NCBI GenBank assembly: GCA_019828565.1
Contig: JAHDYR010000025.1
Span: 186,001 to 250,000 of the forward strand
Source of the DNA: Carpediemonas membranifera BICM
Lineage: Eukaryota; Protista; Fornicata
Direction: 5' to 3'
DNA length: 64,000 nucleotides
Below the pieces are notes generated by a model. It ran no database searches. It was not told the origin of the DNA and saw only the letters and a list, made by a program, of their open reading frames with translations. A program made the translations under genes and the position numbers. Positions 43,065 to 53,700 of the stretch are shown here, in pieces. The number at the start of each line of letters is the position of its first letter. Positions within the stretch are counted from its first letter, which is position 1.

Positions 43065-43745
43065 ATGTTTGGGAGACTAGTACAGGCTCCAGCGCATCTC
43101 TCTGACGTTCATATCGACGAAGAGCTTGCTGCATGGTCCGTCTTCGTCACGCACTTCACGGCCGGCAATTTCCTGATGGCCCGGGAGATTCTCGTGGCAA
43201 ACAACCTTCAGCTTGCAGACATACCCCCTCGTTTCGGCAATCTCCTGTGTATTAGCATTCGCCAGGGCAGCGCAGAAGCTGTTGCTCTCCTGCTCGAATT
43301 CTCCGCGAACCCCAACGAGCCCGAGGCGACGCTCTCCCACTACACCCCGCTGCACTATGCCGCCAAGGACGGCCGCATCGATATTGTCCGCCTCCTCCTC
43401 GGTAGCGGGGCCGTGCCCGACATGCAGGATATCAACGGTCAGACAGCCCTGCACCTGGCCTGCTACCATGGTCACAAGGCCATTGTGGAGTCGCTAATGG
43501 CACAGGGAGCAGACCCGAACCTACTTGATAAGTACGGCAAGCCGCCCAGGGCGTGGAGTGACGAGTGGGGGTTCACGGAGATTAGCGCGCTCCTGCCTGA
43601 GTTCAAGTATAACTGGATGAAGATCGAGGACGACCGGCTGAAGGCGCTGGCCGGGCTAAAGAAGGCCGGGAAGAAGGGGAAGAAAAAGAAGGGAAAGAAG
43701 GGAAAGAAAGGAAAGAAGGGCAAGAAGGGCAAGAAGAAGAAGTGA
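43065..43745 (+). CDS. Ankyrin-repeat protein with a (KKG)n tail
   Basis: TPLHYAA..G...IV.LLL..GA and GQTALHLAC..GH ankyrin repeats. C-terminus KKGKKGKKGKKKK. Confidence 0.85.
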   Translation: MFGRLVQAPAHLSDVHIDEELAAWSVFVTHFTAGNFLMAREILVANNLQLADIPPRFGNLLCISIRQGSAEAVALLLEFSANPNEPEATLSHYTPLHYAAKDGRIDIVRLLLGSGAVPDMQDINGQTALHLACYHGHKAIVESLMAQGADPNLLDKYGKPPRAWSDEWGFTEISALLPEFKYNWMKIEDDRLKALAGLKKAGKKGKKKKGKKGKKGKKGKKGKKKK

Positions 43746-43967
43746 GGATCTCGACACGGCATACCTCCCCTTGCAAGTCAAGCCCCGCCTCGCACCTCAT
43801 GATAAATATGGCAGCACCGAATCTACAGTGGTTGGGCGACGATGACAGGCCCAACACGTATGGCCATGCAGTAGCGGGGACATGGCCGGCCGTGCTTCAC
43901 ACTGGACCCATACTTGGATCGGCATTCGCAGCGGTGCATCTTATGCCAAGACAAATCAAAAAGGACG

Positions 43968-46680
43968 ATGCGGGGCCTCAGGCATTACATTAGCGACATC
44001 AGAGACTGTTTGTACCGTCAATTCAAGTTACATAGCGAAGACTACCGAGGCTGAGAAGGCCAGAGTGATGAAGGAACTCGCACACATCAGAAAGAAGTTC
44101 TCCCGTGAGCAAGAAAGCAAGCTGACGAAATATGACCGCCGCAAGTACGTCGCCAAGCTAATCTACACCTATGTTCTTGGTTATGATATCGATTTCGGCG
44201 TCTACCAAGCCGTGAACCTCCTTGCCTCGAACGACCTCGAGGAGAAGATCATCGGTTACATGTACGCGGGCATCATCATCGACGAGAACAACGAGCAGTC
44301 CATGCTCATCACCAACACCGTCCTCTCCGACCTCCAATCATCCGGCCAGCAGTGCGCCCTTGCCCTCAACTGCCTGTCCAATATCGGGGGTCAGTCGATG
44401 GCCGAGGCCGTCGCTCCCGTCGTCCAGCAGCAGCTCCTCGCCCCTGCTAGCACTGTGCGCACTATCCTGCGGAAGAAGGCGTCGCTGTGTCTCCTCCGCA
44501 TGTACCGTTCCTGTCCGGACGTGCTCGATCTCGCCACCATCGCCAAGTCCATGCCGAACCTCCTGGAGGTCCGCAACGTCGGCTTCCTGACCTCTCTCCT
44601 GTCTCTGTTGCAGGAGATGTCTTCGAGACAGCCCGAGCTCTTCGTACCGACCGCCAGCAGGGTCGTGCACCTCTTGGTTAAGATCGTCATCAAGAAGGAG
44701 GTGGCAGGCGAGCACGTCTACTACGGCATCCCATGCCCATGGTTGCTCGTGAAGCTCATGCGCTATCTGTCATCCATCCCGCTCACCGAGGAGGACGACT
44801 ACTGGCGGGACACAGTCGCCGTCATCGACCGCGTCCTTGCCACCACGGATCCCGCCCGGAACTCGAATCGGACGAACATCATGTACGCCGTGTTCAACGA
44901 TGCCGTTCGCCTCGCCATCCACATCGGCCATCCCAACCTCTTCGACGCCGCAACCAACGTCAACAGCATCCTCGAGAAGGCATTGGAGTCGACCGACGCT
45001 AATCTGCGCTACTGCGGGCTCCGTGTGCTGTTGAACCTCTCTGCGGCCCCCCGATACATCCCCGGGATCACCCAGCACGTCGAGCCCGTCCTCAAGGCCC
45101 TGGGCGATGCCGACGTAGAGGTTGCCCGCCGGGCCGTCGACGTTGCGTTCTCACTCTGCACCCAGGAGACGGTGGACACGTTCATCGAGGCCCTGATGCG
45201 ACACCTCGACCATCCCGTGCTCAGGCCCGTCCTCGTCCCCCGCATCGCCGTGCTGGCCGAGAACTTCATGCCGAACACAGAGTGGTTCGTCGATATCAAC
45301 ATCCGTCTGCTCAAGGAGGCCGGCGACGACGCTCCCATCGCCGTCTGGCACCGTCTCGCCTACCTCATCACTAACAACCCCGCCTCGCAGTCGTACGCGC
45401 TGCAGTCCGTCCTTGCCGCCACGAGCACGGCCTTCCACACGCCGATCGCCAAGGCCGCGGCCTTCATCATCGGTGAGTTCGGGATGCATGGCGATGCCGA
45501 CACCTGCGCCGCCCGCCTCCTCGAGATCGCCAGCACGTGCCACGACGCCCTCGCCGTCTGTATCACCGCCGCGGGCAAGCTCATCGTCCGTGGGGGGCTC
45601 AGCGACTCGTCTGAGCGCCGTCTCCGCGGGCTCGGTGCGGATCAGACGGATTCCCTCATCCTCGACATCCAGCAGCGGGCCGTGGAACAGGCGGCCCTCC
45701 TCCAGGCGGGCGAGCTCTTCTCCGACATCTTCATCCCTCTTCCTGCCTTCCCTGAGCGGGAGTCCGCCCTGGTCGACCAGATCAACGGGGCAAAGCGGGA
45801 GGCACACGAGGAGGAGTCCGATGATGAGGTGTCCGACGACGAGGAGTCCCACGAGGCGATGCTCATCGATACCGGAGCACCCAGTGCTGGCCCCGAGGAC
45901 GTCCTCTCCCCCGGAGCCGTGCTGGCTGACCTCATCGGCCTGAGCGACAAGCCTGCTGAGGCCGCCGCTCCCCAGGGCCCCAAGCTCGAGTTCGTCGGCA
46001 CGAAGCTGGTCGGCGTAATCCGTCCCGAGAACGGCAAGACGCTGGCCGTGATGGCGAGCTTCTCACGGACCCAGGAGGCGGCCTCGCTCGACCTCGCCCT
46101 CAAGAACGTCGGCACCGGCCCCCTATCGGACTTCCAGATCCAGTTCAACCGCAACTTCTTCGGTCTCCGCCCCGTCGCCATGGACTTGCTGCCTGGAGTC
46201 ACCCTCGGCCCGGGCGATGTCCGCCGCGCATCCGTGCCGTTCTCGTCGGCCATCCCCTCCGCCGACGTGCCCGCGGACCGGCTCCAGGTGGCGATCAAGT
46301 GCAGTGAGGGGCTGTCGTTCTTCAGCACAGGTCTTCCCGCGCTGATGCTAACCGATATCGCCCCCGCCGCCCCGGCCATCGATGAATTCATCGCCCAGTG
46401 GAAGGCCCTCCCCACGATCAGCACGGCGTCTTCGCCCATGACCGACCCCGCTGCTGTCAACGCCAAGCTCGAGACACAGGGCATGACCCTCTTCGGGCAC
46501 AGGTCTGCCGGTGGGCGGGCCGACATGTTCGCCGAGCCCGTGGTGAGCCGTATGGACGGCCCCGTGAAGGCTTTCGTCCACGTGTCGGTCGCCGACAGCA
46601 CGGCGGTGGAGGTCCGCTCGAAGGACGAGGGCTTCGCTAAGATGGTCGCCGAGGACTTCGGCAGAGTTCTGGAGCTCTAA
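43968..46680 (+). CDS. AP2A: AP-2 complex alpha-adaptin; intron 44008-44035; beta-type appendage domain
   Basis: Splicing the 28-nt GTTTGT...TTACATAG intron yields MRGLRHYISDIRDSKTTEAEKARVMKELAHIRKKF. Also KYVAKLIY...LGYDIDFG and YYGIPCPWL.VKL. Confidence 0.9.
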
Positions 46681-46983
46681 ACATATTAAATAACACTTTC
46701 AACTCGTAGCGTGCCAGCTTCTCGCGAGTAGTTCGTTCGACAGCTCGAATATCAGGCCTGGTGAGCGATGGGCCGTGAGCTGCGATGAATGGGGTGGTCG
46801 GCCGAATGATGATCTCCACGGAATTGGGCTCAAAGGGCGGTGTACTGATCCCAGCGTGGGTTGAGACGCCTCTTTCGAGGGTTGATTCGGTGATATTTGG
46901 GCGGATACGGTGGGGATCCAGCATTTTGGCTGCAATTCTGTGCGGACAGAACAACCGTGCCAAGCAAGTTTCGCCAGCTATCG

Positions 46984-49887
46984 ATGAATCCGGGCGTTAC
47001 CAAGCGCATCCACCGAGTTCACGATCGATCGTTTGAAGCACCGACGCTGAGCTCCCGTTGTTCCAGTTTTTGTCTTGCTTATTGTCTCATCGCAATAGTC
47101 GCTCTTTCCCATGGGGCAAACGCGGCTACTCAAGTGTCACTTGTCGCACCAGGCGATACCATCACGTCCTACACGCTACAGTCGCTCGCCGACGACTTCA
47201 ACGCCGCTCAAAGTGACGTCGCCGTTTCCGTGACCATTCTGCCCTCGAACGCGGACTACTACTCGATAATCAAGGGCTCCCTCGCACTAGGGGACCTCAC
47301 CTACGACGCCATTGCCCTTGCTCAGGTGTACCTGCTCGACATCCTCCTCTCTGGCGTCAGCTCCGCTTCGGACACCGACCAGTGGAAGCTTGAGCCCCTC
47401 ACAGACCGGGTTGCCCAGTCTGAGCTGATTGATTGGAACGACGTTTCCCTCTTCTCGCGCACAGTCGGCTCTAGTTTCAATAAGGACGTCTACGCCGTCC
47501 CGTTTGACGGAGATTTCCACTACCTCTTCTATCGGGCGGACGTCCTCCAGGCGTACGGCCAGGAGGTCCCTGACACCGTAGAGGAGCTCGTAGCCCTTGG
47601 CGAGCACCTTATGACGAGCACTGGCATGACTGCAGATCCCGGCATGCCCGATGTCGCCTTCTGCGTCACCAACATGGACGCCTCGAGGTTGTACAGGTTC
47701 GTGGCCGACTTCGCGATGCCGTATCTGCAGTATTCGGGCACAGATCAGGGTGGCTTCTTCTCAACAGACGACATGCGCAACTTCTTCGACACGGACGCAT
47801 TCAAGAAGGGCATCGAGCTTTTCAAGAAAACACTTGAGTTCGGGTTTGGCCCCAACGTTGCTGTGACCCTCGACGAGTCCCGCGCAGCATTCCTGAACGG
47901 GACGTGCGCCATGACCGTCGACTGGGGAGACATATTCTTCCTTGCGCCCCAGTCGACCGTTCCTGCTGTGACCACTAGCACAGGCTCAGCGGTGTTCCCT
48001 GGGGCTACGAGCGTGTATGATCGCAGCGCCGGTTCCATGAAGGAGTGCACGGCCGCGCTGTGCCCCTTCGCCACGGAGGAGACGGCCGTGGGGAAGCTCG
48101 TCAACAGGGCACCGCTCGCTGCCAGCGGGGGGCAGTCTATCGCCATCCCGGCCACCTCATCCAACAAGGACGCCGTGTTCCGCCTCCTCGAGTGGGCGGC
48201 CTCCCCCCGAGTTATCAACCCCGTAACTCTCGCCGGGTCGGGCCTCGAGCCGTTTAGGGCATCCATCGGCGACGATGACGCGATATGGGCGGATAAGGGG
48301 CTGACCGCAGCCAAGGCCTGGATCCTCCCGGCAATCGACGCCATGATGTCGCACGGCAACGTCGTCCTCGACATGCGACTGCCGGGGCTGACGGAGTATG
48401 TCGACGCCATGAATGCACACTTCACCGCGTATCTATACGACGGTGCAGACCTCGACGGGACGATGTCTGACCTCAGTGCGGCCGTAGAGGCCATTACTGA
48501 CGACCACGACCGGGACATGCAGCTGCTCTACTACCGCATGAACCTTGGCGTCGACCCGCTGACCCAGCTCACACTCGACGACATCTTCCTCGCCGTCGGC
48601 ATCGGGGCGTGCGTCGCGGCGTTCATCTCCATCGTTCTCACCACAGCACTCACAGTCCTCCTCGGCTACATCATCCGCGACAGCAACTTCAAGTTCGCCA
48701 CCCCCAGCTTCCTCATCGCTGGGAACGTCGGATGGATGCTCGCGACCCTCGGCGTCGCCATGTTCGTGGTGTCCTTCGCCTGGAGCACCACCGGCCTGTG
48801 CATAGGCATGCTCCTCTGCATCGGCCTGGGCGTAACCATTGCCCTCGGCTCCCTCTTCGCCAAGCAGGCCCGTATTTACTGGATACTCAGGGCGACCCGG
48901 AGCCATAAGAAGCGGTTCACGGTCCCCAGCGACCTCCACCTGCTGCCCCTGGTCGTCGTCGGCATCCCTCTGCCTGTTACTCTCATCGTCGTGTGGACCA
49001 TCGTCGATACCTTCAAGATGACCGACCACCCTCTCGACGATTACACCCAATGCACCGTGTGCCGCTCCGCCCACGCCGCCCTCTGGGCGATCTCCTGCCT
49101 TGCCCTGGCCATCCTCTTCCTCGCCCCCAACGGCGTCCTCGTGTTCAAGACAAGGAAGCTACCCGTGTCCGAGACCCGCGCGCTGAGTCTCACAGTGCAG
49201 ATCTCGGCAGTGCTCGGCGGTGTGATTGCCCTTGTATACGCCATCGCCTCTGACCCCCTCGTCCACCCGAAGGTCGTGCCCCCCATCTTTGCCGCCGGTG
49301 TCATCCTCATTCAAGCGGTGACGTTCGCACCCAAGGTCTGGAAGGCCGCGCGTCGCCAGCCCTTGTCGAAGCGGGACTACCACCTCCTGACGGGAAAGGG
49401 GGATGCCACCATCGACGGCTTCCTCCGCTGCCCGCACTGTCTTGCCTGCCACGCCGCCTTCGGCAACCAGATCTCGAAAACGGAGGCGATCAATGGGGGT
49501 TATAACCCCTCGTCTGGGTCGCCCGACGGCTCGCACCGTGCCCATTCCATCGTATCCGCGTTCTCTTCAAAGTCGAACCATCGCGACGCTAAACTGCCCG
49601 AGCCCAACTCCGCGATGAACAACGCCTTCGCCCTGGGCGGCGTTCAAGGGCACATGCTCATGGCCACTTTCAGCGACACCCTCAGCATGCCAGCCTCGCG
49701 AGTGGCCGCTGCGGGAATCTCCTGGATGAATGGTGCTCCCGTAGACATATTGGATGCCCCGAGCGTGTCGTCATCCGGCAGGGGGCGGTGTAGCCATGAT
49801 GAGGGTGAGCCTGGCGTCGAGGTTGAGTCTGAGACGCCGTACAGCTATTACTCTTATAACTCGGGGTCGAGTCGGGAGAATATCTAG
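46984..49887 (+). CDS. Receptor-like protein: extracellular solute-binding (family 1) domain plus class C GPCR-like 7TM
   Basis: Signal-peptide-like stretch; YAVPFDGD..YLFYR.D and LD.RLPG...Y (SBP); FATPSF, GSLFAK..RIY.I, VWTIVD, C.S and KTRK.P..ET (7tm_3). Confidence 0.75.
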   Translation: MNPGVTKRIHRVHDRSFEAPTLSSRCSSFCLAYCLIAIVALSHGANAATQVSLVAPGDTITSYTLQSLADDFNAAQSDVAVSVTILPSNADYYSIIKGSLALGDLTYDAIALAQVYLLDILLSGVSSASDTDQWKLEPLTDRVAQSELIDWNDVSLFSRTVGSSFNKDVYAVPFDGDFHYLFYRADVLQAYGQEVPDTVEELVALGEHLMTSTGMTADPGMPDVAFCVTNMDASRLYRFVADFAMPYLQYSGTDQGGFFSTDDMRNFFDTDAFKKGIELFKKTLEFGFGPNVAVTLDESRAAFLNGTCAMTVDWGDIFFLAPQSTVPAVTTSTGSAVFPGATSVYDRSAGSMKECTAALCPFATEETAVGKLVNRAPLAASGGQSIAIPATSSNKDAVFRLLEWAASPRVINPVTLAGSGLEPFRASIGDDDAIWADKGLTAAKAWILPAIDAMMSHGNVVLDMRLPGLTEYVDAMNAHFTAYLYDGADLDGTMSDLSAAVEAITDDHDRDMQLLYYRMNLGVDPLTQLTLDDIFLAVGIGACVAAFISIVLTTALTVLLGYIIRDSNFKFATPSFLIAGNVGWMLATLGVAMFVVSFAWSTTGLCIGMLLCIGLGVTIALGSLFAKQARIYWILRATRSHKKRFTVPSDLHLLPLVVVGIPLPVTLIVVWTIVDTFKMTDHPLDDYTQCTVCRSAHAALWAISCLALAILFLAPNGVLVFKTRKLPVSETRALSLTVQISAVLGGVIALVYAIASDPLVHPKVVPPIFAAGVILIQAVTFAPKVWKAARRQPLSKRDYHLLTGKGDATIDGFLRCPHCLACHAAFGNQISKTEAINGGYNPSSGSPDGSHRAHSIVSAFSSKSNHRDAKLPEPNSAMNNAFALGGVQGHMLMATFSDTLSMPASRVAAAGISWMNGAPVDILDAPSVSSSGRGRCSHDEGEPGVEVESETPYSYYSYNSGSSRENI

Positions 49888-50747
49888 TATACATATGTTA
49901 TGATTACACTGTGTAAATACAACTTCAAATGCTATTTCAAGAGCACTAACGCGCGGGTAGGATCGTTGTGTGGTTGACATGTCAGGCGGTAATCCGGAGC
50001 GGCGTCTTACCGGACGTGAGAAGACCGCAGCTCTGCACGATGTTGTTCTCTTCAACGAGTGTCCTGATCTCCGCATATGAGTACGCCTGTTGGGGGGCGA
50101 AGAAGACTGTCATGCTCTGGCTGGGGTCGAGTCGAGCATGCTGACTTTGCTGATCCTCGTAAACACGGTCTTGACAGCCTGGTGGTCGTGGTGGTGACCG
50201 TGGCTGTGCCGAACAATGGTTGCAGCGCCTTGTGTGCGACGGGGCTGGGCATGGCCCCTTGCAGTCAGCTGGGATCTCGGACAACAATGAACACAGCCCA
50301 CCAGCTGATAGGCCCCTGGTCGACCCCCACGGGAGAGACCAAAAGGAAAGGATGTAATTGGCGCCATGTTCTCATAGTTTCTGAAAGAAAGAAGACAAAA
50401 ATAAATTTACTGTGCTTGGTATCTGACCCCGGTTACTTTGGGCTGCTTTCCCATTCATAGTTTCTGAGGGAGGTTGAATTAATCAAACATCCCCAGAGAG
50501 CCCTGCGGGTTTGGCAGCCGTAGTCGCCTGCCCGGGGAAATGAGCCTCCTCGGCTGGCGCACGGGTTCGCTCTGACGCCGGACCGCTGATGCCCGAGGGG
50601 AGAATCGTATGGGCAAATGGGAAGCCAACTCGGCCGGCCTCGAGCAACATAATCACCACCAGCCCGAGAATGACCCCCACCCCAAGGCGAGGTACTGCCA
50701 ACTGCCAAACCACAACCAAAGTCACCCCGCATCCCGTATCATTTACA

Positions 50748-53700
50748 TCACCTGCGGCCCCCTCGCCGCCCCCTGGCTGGACGTCTGCCCGGCGGCGACC
50801 GAGGCCTCTCATCCCTGTCGCCCCGACCCCATCGGGCATCCCGGTCACGCCCGTCACGACTGTCTCGGTTGTCACGACCATCATGGGTGTCCCGCGTGTC
50901 TCGTGATCCCCGACCGTCATGATCTCTCGGGTCGTCTCGCCTCGAATCCCGGCCGTGGTCGTCGCGGGGCCGGGGCTGTGGCGGGATGCGGCTCCAGTCG
51001 CTGTTCTGGCGGGAACCGCGGTCTCTATCACTGTCGCGGCGGTCCCTATCGCCGTCCTTCCGGTCGCCCCACCGCGTCTCCTGGTCCCGCCGGGTGTCCT
51101 CGATCTCCCGGACTGGCTGCTTCCGTTTTCCAGTATCATGAGCGGGCTCGCGGGGGCCGCCGCGCCTGCCTCCCTTGCGGGGCGGCTCCCTCGATGGCAC
51201 GGGGGCGGGCTCCCGGGGGCGGGTGTCCATGTCGACGTCATCATCGTCGTCGGGCACGGCGAGCGGCTCCTCCGGCTGGGTTGCGACGACAGCCTTGGCC
51301 TTCTCCTTCTCGGGGGCAGGCTGTGGGGGCTTGATCCCGAGGGCGGCCATGAGCGCCTTCGCCTGGGCCATCAGAGCCTTCTTGAGTTCCCCATCGGCCG
51401 CCTGGGCGATTGCGGCAATCAGCCGGTTGATGATATCACCGACAAACTGCAGCGCAACGTCGTCAGAGGGCTCGGGGAACGCCTTGGCGTCTGCCAGTGC
51501 TCCGATGAGTGCCAGCACGTTGGACTGGACGTGCGCCAGGACCAGCATGGGACTGTTGACCGAGCAGACCTGCGCCATGCACTGTCGCAGCAGCTTGGGG
51601 AGCTGGAGATCCTCCCTCTGCTTGCAGACGTCGAGCAGCTCGGCGAGGAATGTAGCGATGCACTTGGTGTCGTCGGGGGACGCGGTGAGGAGGCGGAACA
51701 GCAGGTTCTTCACTGCCAACCCGACCAGAACGCCCGCCTCCTCGAGCTCGATGAGCCCCAACAGCTCGGCCAGAACGCGGGCCGCCCCGATGGCGTCCTC
51801 GGGCGACCAGAAGACACGTGTGTGCACCGCGCCGACGAGGCTGAGCCTGTCGTCGTCTGTGAGTCCGCCCTCCTCAAACTCCTCCAGGGCCTTCTTCAGA
51901 CGTGCCCTGGCATCCCCGACGCCGTGCCGGACGTCCTGGTGGCGCCTCGCCTGCTCGGCCTTGACTCTAATGATGAGCTCCTCGACGTGGGACCGCTGTT
52001 GCCTGTTCTGCAGCCTGACCTCTGCTGGCATCTCCGCGTCGTCCACCATGAGGTTCTGCTCAGTGGCCGACAGCCGTGACACGCGCTGCTCGTACAGGGA
52101 GGGCACCGTTCGCAGATCACGGGCGGGGACTGCCCATACGAGTAGCTCGAGGGCGCTGAACACGACAGTACGCTCCTGCAGCCGCCGGAAGAGGCTGTCA
52201 TCGATGGTTCGGGCGAGCATGAGGCCCTCCATCACCGTGAGCCCGGCCTGGTCGCTGAATACGTCTTCGAGCACCCGCTGGCCTTGGTCTGGCCGGTTCT
52301 CGTCGTTCTCGGCCGCTTGGACGACACGAATGGCGCGGACGAGCCAGCTGTGGGCGAGGTCGTATGCGGTCAGTGAGGCCTTGATGCCTGCCGTATGGGG
52401 CAGGGCGGTCTTGGCGTGCTCCTTGAACGCCCGCATCGCGTGTATGACCGCCACGCCGACCGTCTGGCCGGGCATGACGCTGCTCTCCTGCCTCAGCGCC
52501 TCGTAAATGCGGGCAGTGCCTGGCGTGACGGCTGTGGCCGGCTTGAACACGGTCTCGGCCATCACAGGGCCCTCCGCGGTCATGCGGGCGAGCTCCACGG
52601 TGAATGTCTGGGTTGTGTCGCCCGTCATCTCGCCGATGAGCTCGTTGATGATCGCCAGCTGGGCGTACTGGTGTTTCTCCCCGAACGCCGAGGTCAAGAG
52701 AAACCTGATCAGGGGTCCCAGCAGGTCCGCGTCTGTCGCCGGGTCCGCCGCACATACGGCGAGGGCCTTGGTCAGCAGAGTGGTCAACCCATGCAACCAC
52801 GGCTCGATGATCCCAGCGGGGGAGACGGCCAGTCGGGTCGCACGTGCGACGGCGAGGTGGTGGACGGTGTCCAGGACGAGGAGGGGGCCGTAGGAGGCGG
52901 GGAGGGCCGTCAAGAAGGGGGCGAAGACCTCCGCGTTCTCGTACGACTCGGCCTGTGTGAGCACGCGGCCGTGGAGGACGTGGGGGAAGCGGATACCCAC
53001 GGGGAGCAGGTCTCTCTTCAGCTGCTTCGCCTGCTCCAATGCCAACTCCGTGTCCGTGCTGTCGACGACTGTGACCCGCTTCAGAGTGCCCTGGACCAGA
53101 TATCTCCCTAGCCGGCCCAGGAACCCGGCGAACGTGTCCTTGCTGGCGAGCTCGGCGCCCATGCCGTAGTACAGGCGGGCCCGCATGGCGAAGGGGGTGG
53201 CTGCGACGGCGCCCAGGAGGGATGAGGAGGCCAGCAGGGCGCTGTGGGAGCAGGGGACGATGACCTGGGCGATTATGCACTCGAGGAGCTGCGGGTTGAC
53301 CAGCTCGTCGCGCTGGCGGCGCATGGAGGACAGCAGCACTGTCAGGATGGCGGTGAGACGGTCTATGACGGCCGGGCTGACGAGAACAGACTCCCGCTGG
53401 AGCTGCAGCAGACGGAGGAGTCTACGGAGGTGGATGTCCAGGGCGCGGGCCAGGGCATCGCTGCCGGTGGCGCTGGGGGCGGTCAGGCAGGGCAGGAGGG
53501 CGGCCGTCCGGTCGAGGATCTGACTGACGCGGCCGTTGATGGCGACGGCGAGCTCGCGGCACACGTGCATGTCGGCCATGACCCGCTGGGCCTTGGTGGC
53601 GACGTCGGTCTTGAAGCCCTCGGTGAAGGCGATGACGTCCTCGAGCTGGCCGAGGATGCGCTCGTCAGCGCCCTTCTGCTCCTGTGCAAACGCCACCTCG

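Noticed and set aside
43670-43742. AAGAAGGG(A/C/G) tandem repeat
   Set aside because: It encodes the (KKG)n tail of the ankyrin protein and is not a CRISPR array or satellite.
49982-50375. Short minus-strand ORFs between the receptor gene and THO2
   Set aside because: The frames are inconsistent and no motif is recognisable. It may be a degraded gene, but I cannot support a call.
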